A stretch of 64,000 bases of DNA from Stylophora pistillata (taxonomy: Eukaryota), in the NCBI RefSeq assembly GCF_002571385.2, contig NW_019217791.1:811285-875284 (forward strand), read 5' to 3'. Made by a program: the position numbers and the translations under genes. How positions within the stretch are numbered: the stretch's first letter is position 1; each line of letters opens with the position of its first letter. Of the stretch, positions 36,301 to 44,589 are shown piece by piece. The notes under the pieces are model-generated. The model saw nothing but the letters and a program-made list of their open reading frames with translations. It had not been told where the DNA came from and ran no database searches.

Positions 36301-39300
36301 CGACCGTGGCGAGTTTTGACTTGTACGACAGGTACTATTTTCGGACCATCCTCCTCCTCAACCCTTTCCTTTTCCTCTTGAAGGCTTGTCATTGAATTCC
36401 CTAAGTCGCTACTCCTCCTGAGCTTGTTGTCCAAAGCCTTGTTGAGGGAATCGAGATCATTCAGAGACTTCCATCTTGCTTTTCCATGCACTTTCTTCTT
36501 GACGTTTAAAATAATAATCCTCTGTTTGTCGCCTACGACCTCTTGCACGGTAATTTTAGCAGTGTGAAGAGATGGGGGCTCAATCGACTCGATGGCATCA
36601 TCCCCGAAAACACTGTTTGCAGGTGAGCCTAAACTACTGGTGGGCGTCTGAGTATCAGGTACCTCTTCGGTCGGGTCTTCTTCTTTGATACTATCCTTCC
36701 GTATCTCGTGCGCTTTTTCAACGAACCTGAGATCTTCATGGCTCTTGCTCAGTCGTATGTTACGCGAAGAGAGGTACTTCTTTTGAGACTTCTTCTCCAA
36801 AGATTTAGTTGGTGATGTCCTTGGAGACCGAACCCTCCGACTTTCTCTCCCCTCTGTGGTTTCTTTACCTTGAACACTTATCGTAACGACAGGCGATTCC
36901 ACAGGTACTGTAGGAGTTTCTTCCTCTAAAATAACTGGCTTTTTTTCGTTATCCTGTGAATTTCTCTGTGGTTCTTTAGTGTTCTTGCCCGATATAAACA
37001 TTTTTAATCCAACATTTGCTCTGGAGGGCTTTCTTTCTATTTCATCTTTTATATCAGTCTTGGTTCCATTTGTCACGGATTCTTTTCTCTTGTCGCCACT
37101 AATGTCAAAATCTTGATTGTCATCCAAAGGAGATTCATTGTCTTTGAGTTTCTTGGGGGTCACTTTCGGCTCCTTTTTTCCTGGGATTTCTTTTTGTTCG
37201 TCTTTTGTGGGCATTCTCTCCAACAGTTGTTTGATTTCCCGTTTCGGAACATCCACTTCGACAAGTGCAGAGGATGCAGTCACCTTTACATTTTCAAGCG
37301 CTTTATTTGTTGTGGATGAAGGGTCGACGCTTGATCCTTTAATTTGTTCACGTACTCTGGTGTTGCGATAAGTCATGTCACGTTTTGCAACATCGGCTCT
37401 GACAGATGACTCGCTTGTTTTAGGTGACTCGGAAGTTGCTTTAACTTCGGAGTTAAGGTCGACACTCCTTTCATTATTTGGTGCCGGTAATCGTTGCGTG
37501 ACTTCACTCTTAGTGACGTCGCCTTCCGCGGGTAACGCTCGCGCTTTGACACTTTTGGGATCAGTTCTTGAGTCAGGTTTACGGGAAGCTTTATCTCGGT
37601 TCGCATTTGAAGGTAGTTTGTCCAAATTATCCTTAAGGTCGCGTTTCGGAGTGTCTCGTGTCCCGGATGGTGATACACATGCTGAGTTACTCTCAGTCTC
37701 TGGTAGCCCGTTCGCTTTCACCTTGTCCTTCTGCTCGAGTGGTTGCGACAAGGCTTGCTCCGCTTCACGCTTGAAGAGGGTTTCCACAGATGAGATACGT
37801 GACTCAGTAGTCTTAGTCACGCTTCTCAGCTCGAGATGAGGCTTGATATGCATTTGATCTTTCTGCGTGGGTGACTGCTCTGAATGTTTCGTTGTGTCAC
37901 GTTCCGTGTCGGCGACTTTCGCAGAAGAAGAATTTTTCTTGATAGACTCAGGCGCAATAATTTTTTCGGCTTTCTTTTCAATTTCCTGTGTGTTTTCCTT
38001 TGTAGCCTGCTGAAAAAGGGGACTTTTTCTCGCGCTTTCTTCTTCAGTCTTAGTCAGGTGTTGCGCGACTTGCTCTGCGATGTCCTGATTTGGGGAAGAG
38101 GCTTCCACGGTTGAGACGCGCGCCTCTATCACCGCTTCGACAGACTGGGGCTCGATCTTGGGTGCAACCTTCGTTTGTTCGCTTGTTGCAAGTGGTTGCG
38201 TGACAAGTTGCGTGACACGTTGTGTGACGTCTCGATCTGAAGCAACAGCTCTTGTGGCCGAAATTTGCTCCTCGATGACTTTTGGTTCAGGTTTAAGCGG
38301 CGTATAAAGATCTTTTTTGGTGGTGGTATCCATTTTCTTATCGTTAACTCGAGAAACGTTGTACTGCCCCTCCACAAAGTTCAACGGCTGCGTAATATGG
38401 CAAACTGGACCAATCTGGGTTGTAGTGAAATTGTAAGCAGAATGCTTCTTTGCTTCGCTGCATTCCTGAATTATTTCTTCCTCTTTAGCTTCTTTCTTTA
38501 AAGCTTCATTAATTGCATTGACTTTTTCTTCCTTTTCATCCCTGCAATTTGTAAGTTTATCAGAGTCTCCATTCAACTGTTTAGAGCTTGAAAGCAAAGC
38601 TTTCTCATCTTTTGTGACCTTCACCTCTTTCCTGACAACTATCTTGATTTTCTTCACAATTTTCACAGATCTTGTATTCTCAACCGTGACATTATTTCCA
38701 TTAGTTGCAGTCACGCCAGAATCAGGCTTCTTTAAAGTTGTGTCTTCAACTCCGCCATTATCCGTGAGGCTGTTCGTGGCGTGATTTTCAGTAATGACAT
38801 CGCATTCAATGTCACGGTTCTCTCTCACGCCATCATTTGGATATATAATTTTGTCAGAGACATTAACAGGTCCTTTGAAGTTCATTTCTTCACCGTTTAC
38901 AAGATTCAAAACATCATTCAGACCGCCATTTTCAATAACGTCTTTATTGGTGAAAACTTCCGCTAATAAATCAGGTTCTCCAAAATCTTTTTCCTCGTCA
39001 CTTTTGTCTGTCACGCCGTTCTCTGTCACGCCATCGTGAGTAAAAAGGTCGCCTGGTTTTGTCTCTTGCCTAGTTGCAACATTGACTGCGACAATTTCCT
39101 CGCTTGATTTCTCTGTGTCAGATCCGCTGCGATCTTCTTCGAGGTCGAGATCGTATTCTGAATCACTTGCATCCACTGTAGCGATAGGAGCTTTGAGTTC
39201 CATCGACGCTTCCTTAGAAACACTCGACTCATTATCATGACTGTAATTGGTTGTTCTTGGCTGGACACACGGATAGCTTTTTGTTCCCTGATTTACCTCT

Positions 39301-41606
39301 ATCAATCCGATCTCTTCGTCTTCTGGGATCGTAAATAGAAAAGGTTTCCGTACACGTCTGTATTCTTCCGCAAATACTGACCAATCCTCCCCGAAAAAGT
39401 CAAGATGAATGTCTTCAGGTTGATCCTCATGGCCCTCGTTCAGTTTAGACAACACTAATTCACCATAAACACCATCCTTTTGAAATGAAATGTCATCCAT
39501 AAGTGTTTCCACGGCGTAACTCTTATGTGGAAGATCGTTTAATTCAGCCTCTTCGAGGTCCTCGATAGTTTGCTGTTTATCTAAACAATCGCTTAGAGTT
39601 GAAGTGATGATAATTGATTTTTGAATATTCATATTTGATTCATCTTCGGAAGATGTTGCCTCAGTTGCATAATTAGAGCTATTTGTTTCTTGGTCTTCTG
39701 ACATTACCGTATCCGTTGTTGAAATAGCAACCACGTCCTCCGAGGAATTCTGTGGTTCTTCTTCCGAGAGATCCGTCTCTAACACAACTTCGCTAGACAA
39801 ATCATTCGTCTCGGCTTGTCCCTCTTCTGAGATTATCTTGTCTAGGTCTGTCACGGAAACATGTCTCTTAAAATAAATGCTAAATTCACCTTCTTCACCG
39901 AGTTCGTCGCTATCCATCAAGTCAACATCGTCAATATCGATATCGGTTTCAAACGTGTCGCTGACGAACGAGTCCGCATACCGCGAAGCAGTTTCATTTC
40001 CATTCATGTCGATTGATTCCTCGTTAGGAATTAACTTATCACTTTGCAAACCATCGTCATAAGAGTCGATAATTATTTTGGGAACTTCGACTTTATCCGA
40101 TTGTTGTTTGTGACTCGAAATTCCCTTCTCTGACGAAGCTGCTTCATCGCTGCCAGACATGGAAAAGAATGTCCACGAGTGAGTCGTGTGATTATTTGAT
40201 TCCGCTATTTCACCCACGAAACCGTTCATTTTAAATTCACCGAGATCGCTTTTGTTTATGTTCATCGCAGTACCTGTTAATCCGCTGGTGTCTTCCGTAG
40301 GAACCTTACTAAGCCTCGAATACAGATCCTTTGCAATGTTGTCATGGGCATGGACTTCATTCTCCGAATGTTTGGAGCGGATATCACGCGTGAAATCGTC
40401 CTCGACGCCATTCTCGGGAGCACGGGAAACCCTTGCCTCATTCAGTGCGCATAATTGGGGTTCTTCGGTCTCATTTGCATCTTGTTCGAGCGTCGGCGTA
40501 GGATCACAGTTAGGTATTGTAAACATTGAGGTGCTTTCGATCACATCGCCATTCAGCTGAGGTTTATCGTCCTGTGGCGATTCTTCGTTACCTTTACCCG
40601 AGAAAGCGTCGAAATTACCGGAAGTGAAATGTGCAACTTCTTCATATTTGGATGTTTTCGCGCTTGCTTGCGTAGCACTATGAAGAGCTGGGTCAATTGA
40701 AGGGATACTTTTGCGATTTTCTGTATCCTTTACTAGACAACTATCGTCGTTTTGTCGAGATAGTGAAGACGTGCCATTTAGCTCTGTTTTTATCGGCTCG
40801 GGAATCATGTAAACTTGCGCTGTGATGTCAACAGTTTCAGATGCGTAAAGTGAGTTGGTCTCAGCAGGTTTTAGAGGCAGAATAGCATCTTTCGTCGCAG
40901 GCTCCTGTCTTTCAAAGGCTGTGGCAATTTTCGTTTCCGTCTTAGAGTAATCACATTCCACGTCCATTGATATTTCTGAGAACCCGCCATATTTATTGAC
41001 AAGACCCTCAGTGTTTACAGTTGACAAATTGACAAAGTCTTCTTGAAAGCTGTCGCGATCAGTTTCCTGAGACCTGTCGCTGCTTTCTGTATCAGTTTCC
41101 CCATCAATTTCTTCTTCTTCGACAATACTTGGTAAAAATCCAGGGAAAATGAGATCCATATTTTCCATCGAGTGCCGTCTCCCGGCTGCCAGGCCACTTG
41201 GGCATTCAGACGACCCGTCATTGTCATCAACCCAGCCATAACTTGAATAGTGAATGTGAATTTCATCTTCAATGTACTCGTAAACGCTTGAATCTTCTTC
41301 TGTTTTCCTAGAGACAGACACCACAGGATTTTTACTAGATTCTTTAGAAATATCGCCTTTAAACTGCAAATCTTCGCTTAAATGTTCGAGAATTCTCTTC
41401 GCTACAACCTCTTCTCGATCGGTTTCATCGGTGATCTGTCGACCGGCAGATTTTCGGATCGGAGCGATCTCTGTGATGTAAAACCACACGGTTACGATGA
41501 GCAAAAAAGCGAATGCGAACGACCAGAAAACGATAGATATTTCCCCGTCTTCCACTTCCTCAGGGATGTATTCGTCCTCGAGCGAAATCATCTCTATCAT
41601 CCACAT
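33381..41606 (-). CDS. AJM1: Giant AJM1 (apical junction component 1) homologue: N-terminal TM, ~2400-aa acidic/disordered region, C-terminal MYND-like Zn finger and AJM1 domain; single coding exon, ~2741 aa
   Basis: 8.2-kb uninterrupted ORF. The C-terminus CSNPRC..CPACFTYYCNRMCRRIHWSEHKKVCFFGRINS...AREGFKRKGRGCVLV...ARRHYCRNISKNLKQYGIRLKNDYPDIYEKLCLYV...CKIMPEA matches the AJM1-family C-terminus as I recall it. First in-frame ATG at 41606 (the track start at 41660 is GTG; the frame stays open to an upstream stop near 41781). Hydrophobic segment ISIVFWSFAFAFLLIVTVWFYI. Confidence 0.85.
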   Translation of the reverse strand: MWMIEMISLEDEYIPEEVEDGEISIVFWSFAFAFLLIVTVWFYITEIAPIRKSAGRQITDETDREEVVAKRILEHLSEDLQFKGDISKESSKNPVVSVSRKTEEDSSVYEYIEDEIHIHYSSYGWVDDNDGSSECPSGLAAGRRHSMENMDLIFPGFLPSIVEEEEIDGETDTESSDRSQETDRDSFQEDFVNLSTVNTEGLVNKYGGFSEISMDVECDYSKTETKIATAFERQEPATKDAILPLKPAETNSLYASETVDITAQVYMIPEPIKTELNGTSSLSRQNDDSCLVKDTENRKSIPSIDPALHSATQASAKTSKYEEVAHFTSGNFDAFSGKGNEESPQDDKPQLNGDVIESTSMFTIPNCDPTPTLEQDANETEEPQLCALNEARVSRAPENGVEDDFTRDIRSKHSENEVHAHDNIAKDLYSRLSKVPTEDTSGLTGTAMNINKSDLGEFKMNGFVGEIAESNNHTTHSWTFFSMSGSDEAASSEKGISSHKQQSDKVEVPKIIIDSYDDGLQSDKLIPNEESIDMNGNETASRYADSFVSDTFETDIDIDDVDLMDSDELGEEGEFSIYFKRHVSVTDLDKIISEEGQAETNDLSSEVVLETDLSEEEPQNSSEDVVAISTTDTVMSEDQETNSSNYATEATSSEDESNMNIQKSIIITSTLSDCLDKQQTIEDLEEAELNDLPHKSYAVETLMDDISFQKDGVYGELVLSKLNEGHEDQPEDIHLDFFGEDWSVFAEEYRRVRKPFLFTIPEDEEIGLIEVNQGTKSYPCVQPRTTNYSHDNESSVSKEASMELKAPIATVDASDSEYDLDLEEDRSGSDTEKSSEEIVAVNVATRQETKPGDLFTHDGVTENGVTDKSDEEKDFGEPDLLAEVFTNKDVIENGGLNDVLNLVNGEEMNFKGPVNVSDKIIYPNDGVRENRDIECDVITENHATNSLTDNGGVEDTTLKKPDSGVTATNGNNVTVENTRSVKIVKKIKIVVRKEVKVTKDEKALLSSSKQLNGDSDKLTNCRDEKEEKVNAINEALKKEAKEEEIIQECSEAKKHSAYNFTTTQIGPVCHITQPLNFVEGQYNVSRVNDKKMDTTTKKDLYTPLKPEPKVIEEQISATRAVASDRDVTQRVTQLVTQPLATSEQTKVAPKIEPQSVEAVIEARVSTVEASSPNQDIAEQVAQHLTKTEEESARKSPLFQQATKENTQEIEKKAEKIIAPESIKKNSSSAKVADTERDTTKHSEQSPTQKDQMHIKPHLELRSVTKTTESRISSVETLFKREAEQALSQPLEQKDKVKANGLPETESNSACVSPSGTRDTPKRDLKDNLDKLPSNANRDKASRKPDSRTDPKSVKARALPAEGDVTKSEVTQRLPAPNNERSVDLNSEVKATSESPKTSESSVRADVAKRDMTYRNTRVREQIKGSSVDPSSTTNKALENVKVTASSALVEVDVPKREIKQLLERMPTKDEQKEIPGKKEPKVTPKKLKDNESPLDDNQDFDISGDKRKESVTNGTKTDIKDEIERKPSRANVGLKMFISGKNTKEPQRNSQDNEKKPVILEEETPTVPVESPVVTISVQGKETTEGRESRRVRSPRTSPTKSLEKKSQKKYLSSRNIRLSKSHEDLRFVEKAHEIRKDSIKEEDPTEEVPDTQTPTSSLGSPANSVFGDDAIESIEPPSLHTAKITVQEVVGDKQRIIILNVKKKVHGKARWKSLNDLDSLNKALDNKLRRSSDLGNSMTSLQEEKERVEEEDGPKIVPVVQVKTRHGRLSLPEMGERRSEPKLTLPHRSPILKVTAVQDNESVPENNTPTRIKARVMPVLRETDTENGETTVELKEKEPVKQDVKARVTKISPSDPETRLGNAFITERENKEEKTQEKKVRVSRVSPVVEAFPRLERETVTEISEPATKGNRIKVHVARVSPVEDSRPGVDEMIARPFLSTTTGAKPTVKDYETSASQVTPIADVTRRQGRESGYGSLEIRDNDTGGVILSSAPIPVQEGPKERSLSSLSSLEDELYGEPLGESRIMVTDLDALLAQQAVPPAEGTSPPRSPDKHEVAERVQVRAHMGPVPKKVIRINSYEEEDGVVIRQVIADDPVVLEPVILAEAADKEESAVITAFPVNDGCEEDELDEVFLEEYPPGIDPNSANSSHSYSSDADSETSSVSSLPLKQRHRHTRSSLEAGNIGVRNRSDSSGSSKTATPVAELENDKKQTSSGSTTPELKTNDISQNESFSYRTPEHSRPAVIDKPSEFTSAFVSISRTTEIRRPRARSEHSRHKSNEEPSVESKQQAPGLQRKGLGASFQDVQLPGLNIDKERFKEAADSRKSMPDLSRKGNQITESPFLRGLSAHTRKWLSQNVWMDDSGQQDEEDLMTSDLFLYPSNRFQPGANIDASFMSLADDRERDFPDDISVNSSTLSTRPGSPMSEFSFAGDTPHMGLRRGSMTVIKCSNPRCGREEALYAGEKTTYTSCPACFTYYCNRMCRRIHWSEHKKVCFFGRINSYIRSFIYLCHKKEALKFQLSKAAREGFKRKGRGCVLVTFASAQSARKFMTTGCTFFPSPPTYSSLTDLQAEGVVSKHRVALTQHIKDYNPEEEFVLNLAIIAGKMDNLPESPVPRRKVNTVLQVVKVPLSNKLKEEIAPSPPSEPKTETKFFYLPKCSRHEFVNENEARRHYCRNISKNLKQYGIRLKNDYPDIYEKLCLYVDQNIRFTEPLTVYGNQGKKIVMCKIMPEAGDEVAKK

Positions 41607-44384
41607 GCTGTCGGGTGTCGATCGGCGAATTGCTGAAACAATAATTTTTCCGCTTTCCACGGTGATGGAACAAAACCTTCCCAGTTGGGTAGACTCGATG
41701 TAAACACTATAGAAATCAAGCTCTTTAGAGCTACATTGGAGCAGTGCTACTGGAAATTTAATCTTCTTGATAGCCCCGTCTCACAAACAATCGCCTCTGT
41801 TCAAGGAAAGCGGACCGTGCAAAGCAACCCGTAGATTTGCATAAGAATCGATGGCCCTAAAGCTTATCATTGAATCGTAGAATTCGATGCATTGTCCTCA
41901 GTTTGGATAGCCACCCGTTTAATAAACGGAAAGTTTCCAACGACCCATTGCTGCCAAGTCATGAAAAATGCATCACCACCTTCACTTTAACTTAAATGGC
42001 GTCTCTACAGAGGATTACAGTTATTATCAAAGCGTTTTCCGTCTTGTTTATCTTGGAGTAAAACAATCTTTTGTTAGGTTCCAAGCCACGTGAACGAAAC
42101 AATAGCACTACTTGCGTGAGTACGTAATCGTTCCAAAAAAAAAAATTCTTTTTAACGCTGGTGATAGCAACATTCGTAGGAGACACTACCGTTTTCGATT
42201 AACGTCGCCTAGACGGCACAAACAGGTCGACACGAGGATAAAGAAGATCTGGTTTAAAGTAATGCTGCGTCGTATCCATTTCCAACTGCTGGAATTTAAT
42301 TTATTAATAGTTCGACGACAAGAATGCACGCGATGGCAAAGAGCGTTCCCCTTCAGTGAGCATTAGAAAGTTCTTAACGAGAAAACGGCTTTGTCGAGCT
42401 CTATCATTAATTATCCTTTTAGCAATTAGTTATTCAAGGCTGGAACAAAGTTGAAGTGAATTTATTACTTCTTCAGACGTGTTTTAAATTGCAAAATGTT
42501 GACAAATACTCAAGAGCGATTAGGAGGTCTTGCCACATAAACCAAACCGGATACGAACACGCGTCAGAACAAACCAGCTTTAAAAAATCCTTTGAAGTTT
42601 TAAGCATCGCAATTTCTTGTGGTTGATTTGCAAAGAAATTTGCAAATTTTGAGCTGGATAATGGTTAAAATAATTGCCAAAATGACGGCCATTGTCAAAA
42701 ACAAAATAAATGGGGCAGCCAAATTGTTTTCCAAGGAAAAAAAAAAGTCACCATCAATTTTATTTAATCGAAATAAAAAATTTTTTTTGAAAAACAATTC
42801 GCACGTAAAAGTCACACATTTGCCAGGAGAAACTTCTGTGTCCTTAAAAACTCAATATTTATCGACGATGACTTAAGATAACGACAAAAATTTTGCGTAT
42901 TTTATTAGGTTGTTCATTACTGTATGGAAACGACGCGGGAACTCTGGTGAAACATAATCAAAGCCAGACCCCCACAGATGCAGTCATTACACATCCTACG
43001 GTGAAGACAAGTTTTGGGGGAACCTGCTCAAGTGACTGATGATCGTAAAACAACTGATCCTCTCATTTGGAGTTCAAGTACAATACCCTTCTTTGTTCCG
43101 GCAAACCTTTTGAATGCAAATGAAGGAAATTTTGCTAATCGTTTGGGCAGACGAAAAAAAGAGGAAGAAGTGGTGGACAGGGAACACAAAACCTTGAAGC
43201 TATGTGACGATTTACGATGGAGAATGGGACAACAATAACAGCAGGGAATACTAACACGTTTAGAGCAAACATTTGGTTTAATACAACTTGAGGAAAGATT
43301 ACAATATTTCGGGTCTATTATAGAGTCTGAGTGGTTATGTAATCACAATCGAAACAAGTTTCATGGAAAGTTTGCAAGCCAAGGCTTGTTTCGATTGTAA
43401 TTTCATTACTATACGCCTGGCAGGGATGAACATGACTTCGATGGCTGAACAGAAAACTCATCCAAACCTACAGTTTCGATTTATTATATTTCCTTTTTAA
43501 TAAAAGAAAAAGTTAAGATCGACGAACTTGACATTACATTTTCATGCGATCAGTCCATGAAACTGAACTTCGAACAAGCCCCAAAGACACGGTGTCCATA
43601 CACAGAGGGGATAAAGACCTACGAGAGGTGAAATTTATTCATGAGGGTCTTTAGAACGTCATACAGAACGGGGCAAAAATGTTTACTTTGTACTTTGTAC
43701 TGTCTTAAGTTTGCAGATTGTTCGTTAGACAAATTACGTTTGTAAAAATGTCCTTTTATTGTCTTCACGAGAGTTCTCAGTTCTATCAGTATCAGTTTTG
43801 AAACAGTTAAAATGAATAAATACAAATTTTCGCCTTATCAGAATTTGTGAATTTAAGTGACCTGGTATTTATGTAAACTGATGTCGAACAAACTTGCTAG
43901 TCATCAATTCAGATGCTGTGCAATTATCTTGATTGATTTTTCTTAAAATTTTGCTAAGAAAAGGGAAGGAGAGGGTTATAAACAAAGTAAGCCGATTCTC
44001 CTCTTCGAAGTACTACCTTTCACTAGCTCGCTTGCTTTCTTTCTTTCTCTCTTTCGCGATATTATTCACTTCAGTTATTATGATAATTCAAGAAGACAGC
44101 TGAGAATTATTTCACAACTCTAAAATAAACTTGGAATCTGAACAATAATTGCTTTCCACATTTTCGTTTTGGTAGTGTTAATTAATCCTGCCGTCAAAAT
44201 GACAGCAATCTTTTGTATGCCACACTCGACGTTGCGTGTTAAGAAGCGGACTAAAACTCCCTTGGGCAGATTAATTCGGGAGGCGAGACGGGTTTGAACC
44301 ACACGTGTGGTATTGTAAGTTAATCTCTCGGTTTTTGCTTCTGTGATAGATTATAATGATTGCTGCAAAACACTTCCTTTTAAA

Positions 44385-44589
44385 TTGGATATATCAACAA
44401 AGTTGAAATGGTAAATTGGCCACCGTAATGATTACAAAAGCTGACGTTTCGAGCGTTAGCCCTTCGTCGGAGCTTTTGTAATCATTACGGTGGCCAATTT
44501 ACCATTTCAACTTTGTTGATATATCCAAATTATTTCGTTACTCCCACCGACGCAGCCCCAAACAGTTTCTTTCGAAACTATCAGCCCTT
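44385..44589. mobile_element. Young fold-back Penelope-derived element with a hammerhead in the loop and a 13-bp TSD
   Basis: Perfect 58-bp inverted repeat (44385-44442 and 44471-44528). The minus strand across the loop reads GCT-CCGACGA-A-GGGCTAACGCTC-GAAA-CG-TC^AGC. TSD ACTTCCTTTTAAA at 44372-44384 and 44590-44602. Confidence 0.85.

Noticed and set aside
41607-41660. GTG start for the giant ORF (and TTG start at 21088 for the short paralogue)
   Set aside because: Artefacts of a track that allows alternative starts; in-frame ATGs follow shortly.
33444-41703. Many 60-154 aa ORFs overlapping the giant AJM1 ORF
   Set aside because: Antisense and off-frame shadows of a long, compositionally biased coding sequence, with no domain signatures.
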